A stretch of 64,000 nt of DNA. Source: a virus. Lineage: Duplodnaviria; Caudoviricetes. The position numbers and the translations under genes are program-made. The stretch's first letter is position 1; every line of letters begins with the position of its first letter. Shown here one piece after another: positions 7,918 to 15,135 of the stretch. The notes beneath the pieces were generated by a model. The model was not told where the DNA came from. It worked only from the letters and a program-made list of their open reading frames with translations, and did not search any database. The stretch spans positions 1 through 64,000 of IMG/VR virus record IMGVR_UViG_3300044247_000057, one strand, 5' to 3'.

Positions 7918-8849
7918 GCCGCTACGGGGATCGGGATCCCCTCGGACACCGGCACCGGAGCGGGCTCCGGAGCAGGCTCGTGCCTCTTACCGCCGAGCTT
8001 CGATCCGATCCAGGAGAAGAACCCCTTGACCTTCTGGAAGCCCTTGACCACCAAGGCGACTGCGCCTACGGCGACCACCCCTATCGCAGACGCCACGGTG
8101 CCGACAGCGGCAACGACAGTTGCACCTAGCCCGACAGCCGTGGCCCACAGCAGACGCAGTGGGGTCCAGGCCATCCTCTTGATGTCGAACCACAGAGCGG
8201 CACGGTGGTAGCCCTGGTCGCTCAGGTTGTAGTGGCGCATCCGGTAGTGAGCCGTCATCTTCCGGCTGATGCGGAAGTGACGGGCGCAGACCTTCAGGTT
8301 GAACAACGCGACCTGCTCGGACCGCTTGGCCTCGATCAGATCGGCCTCGGCCTGCATGATCCGGTCGTAGCGGTTCTTGTCGTCGTCGCCATCACCGGCA
8401 CCAGCGGTGGTCCGGATGAAGCAGACGACCTTCCAGAAGCCGACGCCGTAACCATCCCGGTCGAGCCGGAGCTGGTTGCCGATCCTGGCCGACTCACTGG
8501 AGGCCTCGTCGTACCGGCGCTGAGCCTCTTCCAGCTGGCTCCTGGCCGACTCGACGCCCATCCGGGCGGCCTCCTCGCACTCCTGCCAACGGAGCGCCTT
8601 CTCATCGGCCTCGCGGGTCCGCTCCAGCCTGCGGCGCTCCTCGCGGCTCGCCGCCTCGATCTCCTCCGTGGTGACCATCGGAGGCAGAACCTCCGTGGGC
8701 GGGTCCTCCACGAGGGTGCTGCCGGTGTCGACAGCGGTGCTGCCCGTACTGACGGTGACAGCGGTGCTGCCGTTGGCAGCGGGTCTTGCCTTGCTGTCCG
8801 AGCGGACAGCCTTCTTGCTCCTGGCGCCATGCGCCCTTGGGGTCGTCAT
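7914..8849 (-). CDS. coiled-coil protein with C-terminal hydrophobic/amphipathic helices
   Basis: ATG at 8849 with ACTACCAAGGAG upstream; E/R/A-rich coiled coil then Ala/Val/Gly-rich segment. Confidence 0.8.
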   Translation of the reverse strand: MTTPRAHGARSKKAVRSDSKARPAANGSTAVTVSTGSTAVDTGSTLVEDPPTEVLPPMVTTEEIEAASREERRRLERTREADEKALRWQECEEAARMGVESARSQLEEAQRRYDEASSESARIGNQLRLDRDGYGVGFWKVVCFIRTTAGAGDGDDDKNRYDRIMQAEADLIEAKRSEQVALFNLKVCARHFRISRKMTAHYRMRHYNLSDQGYHRAALWFDIKRMAWTPLRLLWATAVGLGATVVAAVGTVASAIGVVAVGAVALVVKGFQKVKGFFSWIGSKLGGKRHEPAPEPAPVPVSEGIPIPVAA

Positions 8850-8950
8850 AGTGACGTTCTCCTTGGTAGTGGACAAGCTTCGGAATGTAGCCTCCGGACT
8901 GACTCCGGATTGTGCGGTGCCTGGCATGGAGATGTCAGTGCCAGCCGTGC

Positions 8951-9370
8951 TCACTGAGGAGGGCCACTGTGGTAGATGGTGGCCGTGCGCTCAGTGAAGA
9001 GGACCACCCCGATGACATCGGAGTGATCCTCGGTGGTGAGAACGGCGTAGTCGTAGGGGCTACAGCCCCCATCGCTACTGGCCGCGATCTCGCGGTACAA
9101 CGTGACCAACCAGTCCTCCAGAAGACGGTCACGCATCCTGGTGAACCTGTCGGTCTCCACCAGGATGTGCAGCGTGTCGTCTCCGTCCGTGACCTGGTCG
9201 GCGGGGCCCCAGCACTTCCAGGACCCGCTGACGTACACGGTCTGCCCCATGTCCCGGAGAAGAACCTCCTTCTCGATGTTGGGATTGCCATATCCCCGGA
9301 ACTTGGGCAGCTCGTGCCGTGGGTGAGTTCGGCGGATGCCGAAGTGCACCGACACCTGTGGTGTAGCCAA
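8951..9370 (-). CDS. hypothetical protein (139 aa)
   Basis: TTG at 9370 after AAGGAGG; 5' part of ORF 8951..9751 is non-coding-like and spans a terminator. Confidence 0.7.
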   Translation of the reverse strand: MATPQVSVHFGIRRTHPRHELPKFRGYGNPNIEKEVLLRDMGQTVYVSGSWKCWGPADQVTDGDDTLHILVETDRFTRMRDRLLEDWLVTLYREIAASSDGGCSPYDYAVLTTEDHSDVIGVVLFTERTATIYHSGPPQ

Positions 9371-9413
9371 ACGAACCTCCTTGATAGAACGGTGTACGAC
9401 CTGCACACCCGAA

Positions 9414-9446
9414 AGCCCTCGTCCCTGGAGAAGGGGGACGAGGGCT
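9414..9446 (-). terminator. intrinsic terminator
   Basis: AGCCCTCGTCCC / GGGACGAGGGCT 12-bp stem, followed by TTTC on - strand. Confidence 0.75.
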
Positions 9447-9539
9447 ATCGGCCTTGCAGGTCCACTGGGGGGACACCACTCCCCCCGGGGGCCCTTCCCA
9501 CCCCCGATGTGTGGGGAGGGACGGGACCCACAAGGCAGG

Positions 9540-9791
9540 TCAGAACAAGGTGGGCTGGCCGAGAGGCTCAACCACGATCTCGTCCCAGTACGGGGGTAGA
9601 TCGGTCCAGGAGCAGAAGAACCCTTCTGCCTGGATGTACTGGTCACGCGCCAGCTGAGCGACACGCTCGGCGTAAGGACCGAACTCTTCCTCACGCTCCA
9701 CGTTGCCGTCAGCATCGAACTTCCGGCGACGGACCATGAACGGATCCTCATCCGTTCGCGGCCTCAGAGACCGTTGGAACTCGCTGGTCAT
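9540..9791 (-). CDS. hypothetical protein (83 aa)
   Basis: ATG overlaps upstream stop (TGATG). Confidence 0.75.
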   Translation of the reverse strand: MTSEFQRSLRPRTDEDPFMVRRRKFDADGNVEREEEFGPYAERVAQLARDQYIQAEGFFCSWTDLPPYWDEIVVEPLGQPTLF

Positions 9792-10213
9792 CAGACGAAG
9801 TCCTTCGAGTCGAAGGTCTCCTTGACGACCTCGGTGAAGATCTCACCGATGGTCTGGGGCCTGGCTTTCGCCTCGTCCCAGGACATCGGCTCGCCGTCCT
9901 CCTCGCCGTAGGACTCCAGCCAGGCCTGCTCGCGCTCCAGGTCGCGGTCCTGAGCACGTTCGGCCTGCTCGTCGATCCAGTTCTCACAGGACCAGCTGCA
10001 GCCCATCTGGTAGAGCGAGAAGGACTGGAACTGGGCACCGCACCTCAGGCACCAGTGCATGCTGTGGTCGCCCAGCTTCTTGGCGCATCCGACACACGCG
10101 ATCTTCTCGTGCTCGGGATCGAACTCGTAGTCGCCCTCGTGCGTCCAGGTGAATCCGTTCTTGCACTGGAAGCAGGTGACGGCGATGTGCTCGACGGTGG
10201 GTGGGTTGGACAT
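9791..10213 (-). CDS. Cys-rich putative zinc-binding protein (140 aa), first gene of the leftward block
   Basis: ATG at 10213 with AAGGAG RBS; CFQC, CVGC, CLRC, CSWSC motifs. Confidence 0.8.
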   Translation of the reverse strand: MSNPPTVEHIAVTCFQCKNGFTWTHEGDYEFDPEHEKIACVGCAKKLGDHSMHWCLRCGAQFQSFSLYQMGCSWSCENWIDEQAERAQDRDLEREQAWLESYGEEDGEPMSWDEAKARPQTIGEIFTEVVKETFDSKDFV

Positions 10214-10238
10214 GGCAGAACTCCTTGCTAGAGACGAC

Positions 10239-10268
10239 AAAAGCCCCAATCCACGATGGATTGGGGCT
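10239..10268 (-). terminator. intrinsic terminator immediately upstream of the first leftward gene
   Basis: AGCCCCAATCCA-3 nt-TGGATTGGGGCT perfect 12-bp stem plus TTTT on - strand. Confidence 0.75.
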
Positions 10269-10324
10269 CGCTGCCAGATCGGACGATCCAGCAGGTTTTA
10301 GGCATGCTTCGCGCCTATGTCTTA

Positions 10325-10353
10325 ATTATAGCAAAAATAGGATGGATAGGCTA
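10325..10353 (-). promoter_or_regulatory. sigma-A-like leftward promoter
   Basis: TAGCCT-17 nt-TATAAT on - strand in an AT-rich intergenic tract. Confidence 0.65.
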
Positions 10354-10376
10354 GCCATTTGGGCCTATTCGGGCAT

Positions 10377-10499
10377 AAAAAAGCCGCCTCCGGGGGACTC
10401 GAACCCCTATCGCCACAACTGGCGGTGACCTCTTGCTCGGAGAGCGGCGGTGGGCCAGGATCGAAACCCTAGCGTGATGTAGGCGACTCGTGCGCCTAC
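10377..10499 (-). ncRNA. candidate structured small RNA with a tRNA-like 3' domain
   Basis: Two hairpins, then a multi-stem domain with T-arm GGGG-TTCGAGT-CCCC closed by GCCGC(T)CTCCG/CGGAGGCGGC and a T6 tract; upstream TTGCC-N8-GATAAT. Confidence 0.55.
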
Positions 10500-10549
10500 C
10501 TCTATTATCCCAGATTGGGCAACAAACAGCAAGAGGACGGGGGTCTCGG

Positions 10550-10927
10550 GTGAAGGTCTACCAGACCTCCCGCCAGTCCCGGATCCACTTCGACCCGGAC
10601 TGCAGGTACCTGTTCATGGGCAACCGGCGCAAGAACCCGGTCCAGAGCCTCGACCTGACCGAGATCCCCCACACCAAGCGGTTCTGCGTCGAGTGCAGCC
10701 CTCCAGACCTGCCTCAGCTGCCCAAGATCAGACACCGGCCCTGCCACATCTGCTACCCCGGCACCCGCAAGGCGAAGCCCTGCGCGCACAACGGTGGGGT
10801 GCTGGTCTTCGTCCAGAGCCACCAGACCAACCGTGCGAGGGTGTACGTAGCCCGGACCTACCGGAAGTGGCGGTGGCCCGAGAACGCAGGCGGTTCCCCT
10901 CTTGTGCCGGGACAGCTCGCATCCTAG
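10550..10927 (+). CDS. Cys/His-rich hypothetical protein
   Basis: GTG at 10550 after AAGAGG; H-x4-C, CxxC, CHIC, CxH motifs; start uncertain. Confidence 0.6.
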   Translation: MKVYQTSRQSRIHFDPDCRYLFMGNRRKNPVQSLDLTEIPHTKRFCVECSPPDLPQLPKIRHRPCHICYPGTRKAKPCAHNGGVLVFVQSHQTNRARVYVARTYRKWRWPENAGGSPLVPGQLAS

Positions 10928-10952
10928 CCTGAGTACCTATCCTACCTACCAT
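10925..10952 (+). promoter_or_regulatory. candidate promoter for the helicase operon
   Basis: TAGCCT-16 nt-TACCAT, same -35 variant as the leftward promoter. Confidence 0.4.
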
Positions 10953-10961
10953 GGGAGTGTC

Positions 10962-12206
10962 ATGAAGAAGGTCTCGACCGAGTCAGTGCTCATCAGCACG
11001 CTGATCAACTCAGGAGATCCGACCGCAGCGTCCAGTCACGGGATCACACCGGACCATCTGATCGGCTACCGCGACGAGTACGTCTGGATTCTCGACTACC
11101 ACGACCGCTACGGCAAGATGCCCAGCGATCAGGTGGTTCAGCTTCAGTTCCCCTCGTTCCCCTACTCGGCGGACGAGGACAACCCCGCCTGGCCAGCACG
11201 GGAGATCTACCAGATGTACAGCACCAGGGAGGCGCTGCAGGCCTGTGCCAAGGCCACCCAGCTGCTGTCGGAGGACCAGACGTCGGAGGCCATCGACGTG
11301 ATGCACTCGGTGCACTACACCGACAACACGGTGAAACCGAAGTCCCTGATCTTCGACACCGGCTACTTCGACGACTACGAGTCCCCCGACGACCACCGGG
11401 TGCACATGCCCTGGTCGACCCTGGACAACTACACCAACGGCATCGGTCCGGGTGAGCTGTGGTACTGGGCCGCCAGGCCCCAGCAGGGCAAGAGCAGCTT
11501 CCTGATCGACGCGGGCACCCACGCGGCCTACAAGGGCGCGAAGGTGATGATGATCAGCCTGGAGATGACCAAGCGGCAGTGTCAGGTCAGGATGCACGCG
11601 GCCATGGGCAAGCGGCTGAACTGGACCACCATCGACGCGGTCAAGATGCTGCGGCGGGAGTACGACCGGCGCAAGTACGGTCTGCTGCTGGACGATATCC
11701 AGCAGAACATGCCCGGCACCTTCGATATCCACGACCTCTCGGACGGCTTCGCCAGCCCCTCCACCGTGATGCGGTACGCCGGTGAGTATGACCTGGTGCT
11801 GATCGACTACGTGGGCCTGATGCGGGCTGACGGAGGCGGCAGAGGGATCGACGACTGGCGGATCGCGGCCACCATCAGCAACGCGCTGAAGGAGGTGGCC
11901 ATGACCAAGCAGGGTCGCATCCTGGCCGCTGCCCAGATCAACAGACCGGGTGAGTCGAGCGGCTGGCGACCACCGAAGCTGGTGAACCTGGCTCAGTCCG
12001 ACGCCCTGGGACAAGACGGTGACGTGGTGGTGACCATGAAGCGGTTCGGTCGGGATGCGGAGATCCTGAGCATCGAGAAGAACCGCCACGGCCCGGCCAG
12101 CCGGTACTTCTTCACCCGCTACCTGCCCAACATCGGTGACTTCACCGAGATCGAGCGGGAAGAGGCTGACGACCTCCGTGACAACGCCCCCTTCGAGGGC
12201 GAGTAA
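10962..12206 (+). CDS. dnaB: DnaB-like replicative helicase
   Basis: Walker A AARPQQGKS, ISLEM, LVLIDYVGLM, AAQINR, SDALGQDGDVV, IEKNRHG. Confidence 0.93.
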   Translation: MKKVSTESVLISTLINSGDPTAASSHGITPDHLIGYRDEYVWILDYHDRYGKMPSDQVVQLQFPSFPYSADEDNPAWPAREIYQMYSTREALQACAKATQLLSEDQTSEAIDVMHSVHYTDNTVKPKSLIFDTGYFDDYESPDDHRVHMPWSTLDNYTNGIGPGELWYWAARPQQGKSSFLIDAGTHAAYKGAKVMMISLEMTKRQCQVRMHAAMGKRLNWTTIDAVKMLRREYDRRKYGLLLDDIQQNMPGTFDIHDLSDGFASPSTVMRYAGEYDLVLIDYVGLMRADGGGRGIDDWRIAATISNALKEVAMTKQGRILAAAQINRPGESSGWRPPKLVNLAQSDALGQDGDVVVTMKRFGRDAEILSIEKNRHGPASRYFFTRYLPNIGDFTEIEREEADDLRDNAPFEGE

Positions 12207-12394
12207 TGGCCAGCCTGCCGTTCCCGGCCCGCTACAACGGTGACTGCTGCGAGTGCGGTGTCTGGTGGGAGGAGGGCGAGATGATCCGCTTCAACGACAA
12301 CGACGAGCTGGTCCACAAGGACTGCTACGTCTTCGAGCCGCCGAAGCCCTACTCCGAGCCCCGCACCTTCACACTGAAGCGTGCAGAAGAGTGA
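12206..12394 (+). CDS. small zinc-ribbon-like protein
   Basis: ARYNGDCCECG...HKDC; TAATG overlap with helicase stop. Confidence 0.7.
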   Translation: MASLPFPARYNGDCCECGVWWEEGEMIRFNDNDELVHKDCYVFEPPKPYSEPRTFTLKRAEE

Positions 12395-13224
12395 CCGGCT
12401 ACCGCGACCTGGAGTCCGCCCTGCTGTACGGCTACGGGGTCGAGCGCCAGTACGTGTGTACCAACCACCCCGATCACAACGCCTCCGCCAGCGTCAACTC
12501 CTTGACGGGGCTGTTCGTCTGCTACGCCTGTGGGCACGCGGGCAAGGTTGACCCGAAGGACCTGCACTACGACGTCGAGGGGGTGCTGCGGTACACCCGG
12601 GAGACGGCTGAGGCGATGACCAAGGTCAACCCGTTCACCGAGACCTACCTCAACCTGTTCGACTCCACCGGCCCCGGTGAGTACTGGCTCAGTCGGTTCA
12701 GCCCGGAGACCTGTCGGCGTTTCCGGCTCGGCCACTCCACCGGAGTGGCCACCTACCCGATGCGGGACGAGACGGGTGCGGTGATCGGCATCGTCACCCG
12801 TGATACCACCGGACAGCGCGAGCAGAAGTACAAGTACCCGCCCCGTGTCTCCGTCTCTGACCACATCATCGAAGCCTGGCGGTGCACCTCGGATATCGTC
12901 GTGCTGGTCGAGGGCATGGCGGACGTTGCGGCAGCCTATGAGGTTGGTTTCGACTGTGCCCTCGGCACCTACAAGGCGGGCCTGAGCAAGGCCCAGGCAG
13001 CCATCCTGCGGCGCTACGCGCCCACTAAGGTCCTCTGTGCCTACGACCAGGACGCAGCCGGTGACAAGGGCTGGACCACGGTCAGGGACCAGCTGAGGTA
13101 CGTCTGCAAGGTCCAGCGGGTCGAGTGGGACACCTACAACGACGTCGCTGAGATGCCCCTGTCAGACCGTCGTGAGATGCTCACGGAACTGGTCGGGAAA
13201 CGCGCCATGGCTAGGGTTGCATAG
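12391..13224 (+). CDS. dnaG: DNA primase (CHC2 zinc finger + TOPRIM)
   Basis: CTNHPDHNASASVN...FVCYACG; VLVEGMAD; YDQDAAG; GTGA overlap start at 12391. Confidence 0.9.
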   Translation: MTGYRDLESALLYGYGVERQYVCTNHPDHNASASVNSLTGLFVCYACGHAGKVDPKDLHYDVEGVLRYTRETAEAMTKVNPFTETYLNLFDSTGPGEYWLSRFSPETCRRFRLGHSTGVATYPMRDETGAVIGIVTRDTTGQREQKYKYPPRVSVSDHIIEAWRCTSDIVVLVEGMADVAAAYEVGFDCALGTYKAGLSKAQAAILRRYAPTKVLCAYDQDAAGDKGWTTVRDQLRYVCKVQRVEWDTYNDVAEMPLSDRREMLTELVGKRAMARVA

Positions 13225-13245
13225 GTAGGTTAGGCAGGGTACGTT
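13217..13245 (+). promoter_or_regulatory. sigma-A-like promoter
   Basis: TTGCAT-17 nt-TACGTT ending 6 nt before ATG 13252 (likely leaderless or near-leaderless). Confidence 0.6.
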
Positions 13246-13251
13246 CACAGC

Positions 13252-13710
13252 ATGAAACTCGCACTGATCGACGATGAGACGGAGACCGATCTCGATGATC
13301 TGATCCACGAGTTCAAGCTGGCCAGTGACGCCCTGGAGGACGCCAAGCGCGCCAAGGACTACTGGCAGCGTCGGTTGGACGAGGAACTCGTGGCGAAGCA
13401 GCAGAAGTCCCAGACCGTGCCCTACGCCAAGGACCCGACCAAGGACTTGCGGGCCACCAGGGTCAGCAACCGGCGCTACAGCGTGGACTCGGAAGGTCTC
13501 ATCAAGAAGTTCGGCAAGCGCAAGGTGGCCCCGGTGCTGAAGGACCCGGAGGTCGACAAGACCAAGCTCGACCAGGCCCTGGGAGCAGAGGGCGCTCCGT
13601 TCACCAAGGACGAAGTGATGCCCTTCATCAAGGTCACCGACAACCCCTACGTCAGGTTGTACGTGGTCGACAGGAAGGAGGAAGACGCAGATGACCGCCC
13701 CGAAGAGTAA
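13252..13710 (+). CDS. hypothetical replication-region protein with N-terminal coiled coil
   Basis: Good codon bias; position between primase and HTH gene. Confidence 0.75.
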   Translation: MKLALIDDETETDLDDLIHEFKLASDALEDAKRAKDYWQRRLDEELVAKQQKSQTVPYAKDPTKDLRATRVSNRRYSVDSEGLIKKFGKRKVAPVLKDPEVDKTKLDQALGAEGAPFTKDEVMPFIKVTDNPYVRLYVVDRKEEDADDRPEE

Positions 13711-14008
13711 GCCGGACCGACGCGCTGACTACGTCCCCACCGGTGCTTCGGGTCCGGTAGCCAACATCGTCGCCCAGCTGGACGGCGGTCCCTACTACAT
13801 GATCTCGGAGGTCTCTGAGATCACCGGCACGCCGGTCACCACGCTGCGTCGCTGGTACAAGCGTGGACCCGAGATGGGCGGGACCAAGGGTCCCTCCCTG
13901 GTGCACAAGCACCTCGGCATCACGATCTACCTCTACACGGACGAGGACATTCAGGAGATCCGTGACCGCAAGGCATCACCCACCACTGAGAACAGGACAC
14001 AGCAATGA
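13691..14008 (+). CDS. MerR-like helix-turn-helix DNA-binding protein
   Basis: YMISEVSEITGTPVTTLRRWYKRG...YLYTDEDI. Confidence 0.8.
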   Translation: MTAPKSKPDRRADYVPTGASGPVANIVAQLDGGPYYMISEVSEITGTPVTTLRRWYKRGPEMGGTKGPSLVHKHLGITIYLYTDEDIQEIRDRKASPTTENRTQQ

Positions 14009-14886
14009 AGTTCGGAGTCAAGGCAGACAAGGACACCGACACCGGTGGATCCGGTGGCGAGCGCTACATCAAGTACTTCGGGGAGGACGGGGCCTACACC
14101 CTGCGCTTCCTGCAGCCGTGGAAGGAGTGGACGGCGTACTGGGAGCACTTCTCGATGAAGTTCCGTTGCTCCTACCCGTGCCTGGCCAACGAGGAGGAGG
14201 GTATCCCCCGCTCCGAGTGCCCCGGGTGCCAGTTGGAGACCAGCGATGACGAGTCGGACCAGCGCGAGGCGCGGGCCAACAAGAAGTTCCTGGTCAACGC
14301 GATCCGCACCGATGACAAGCGCAGCGAGGGCTACGTCGACCTGTGGAAGATCCCCGGCTCCCTGAAGGATGACCTGGTCTTCAACAGCGAGCGGGACAAA
14401 GGTCTGAGCAAGCGCGAGTACATCGTCATCCGGCGTGAGAAGAACAACCGGACCTCCTACTCCCTGGACAAGGAGGACCCCGCGCCCATTGACCTGTCCA
14501 TCTACGCGGACAAGCTCCATGACCACAACGAGGCCCTCACCAAGGCCTGGGAGTACCGCTGGGACGACAAGAAGCGGGCTGAGGAGCAGGCTCGCCGGGC
14601 CGAGGCCAAGAAGGCGTCCGAGGACAAGAAGGCCCCCGTGGTCCATGCGGAGGGCGACACTGAAGAGCCCCCTTTTGAGCCGAAGGGCTTCAAGAAGGGC
14701 GGTCTGAGCATCGTCCCGGAGCCCGAGAAGGACGAGGACGAGCAGATCAATGTGACGGTGTCCTCGATCCGTCAGATGAGCGCTGAGCAGCTCAGGAAGC
14801 TCTACGCCCAGGGCGGGTTTGATGCCCCGGACACCGACGACCAGGCGGAGCTGGCGGAGAAGCTGATCTCTGCTCTCTCCTCCTAA
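14005..14886 (+). CDS. ssb: single-stranded DNA-binding protein (T4 gp32-like)
   Basis: YTLRFL...YWEH...YPC...CPGC...KKFLVNA pattern, acidic tail, location before polymerase. Confidence 0.7.
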   Translation: MKFGVKADKDTDTGGSGGERYIKYFGEDGAYTLRFLQPWKEWTAYWEHFSMKFRCSYPCLANEEEGIPRSECPGCQLETSDDESDQREARANKKFLVNAIRTDDKRSEGYVDLWKIPGSLKDDLVFNSERDKGLSKREYIVIRREKNNRTSYSLDKEDPAPIDLSIYADKLHDHNEALTKAWEYRWDDKKRAEEQARRAEAKKASEDKKAPVVHAEGDTEEPPFEPKGFKKGGLSIVPEPEKDEDEQINVTVSSIRQMSAEQLRKLYAQGGFDAPDTDDQAELAEKLISALSS

Positions 14887-14890
14887 ACGC

Positions 14891-14926
14891 AGAAGAGGCC
14901 CCCGCGTCAGGTCGGGGGCCTCTTCT
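14891..14926 (+). terminator. intrinsic terminator after SSB
   Basis: AGAAGAGGCCCCCG-8 nt-CGGGGGCCTCTTCT perfect 14-bp stem. Confidence 0.8.
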
Positions 14927-14961
14927 CACGTTCACTCACCTACCAAGAGAGTAAGACCAGT

Positions 14962-15135
14962 ATGACACCACAAGCCTTGACTTCACCAGACTTCCCTGCT
15001 CCGCGTGGCACGGGTCACGACAGAACGGTGCTGGGTAAGAAGACCTTCTATGCCTGGAAGGGTGACCCAGACAACCGCTGCGAGCATGTCCATGTGACCA
15101 GACACGCCGCGATGATCTGTGCCCGGAGCATGTGA
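14962..15135 (+). CDS. small protein with C-x-H-x-H-x-T-x2-AA-x2-CA motif (57 aa)
   Basis: Not in ORF track; ATG 14962 after CTCACCTACCAAGAGAG; TGA overlaps dnaE ATG; ends RCEHVHVTRHAAMICARSM. Confidence 0.65.
   Translation: MTPQALTSPDFPAPRGTGHDRTVLGKKTFYAWKGDPDNRCEHVHVTRHAAMICARSM

Noticed and set aside
9371-9751. N-terminal 127 codons of ORF 8951..9751
   Set aside because: Overlaps gene 9540..9791 and a terminator; a strong RBS supports TTG at 9370 instead.
10383-10448. Canonical tRNA gene, YrlA-type Y RNA, or attP
   Set aside because: No D-stem, 7-nt anticodon loop or CCA; the arm order is not the T-arm-first permutation of YrlA and no Ro gene is seen; no integrase in the window. Kept only as a tRNA-like ncRNA candidate.
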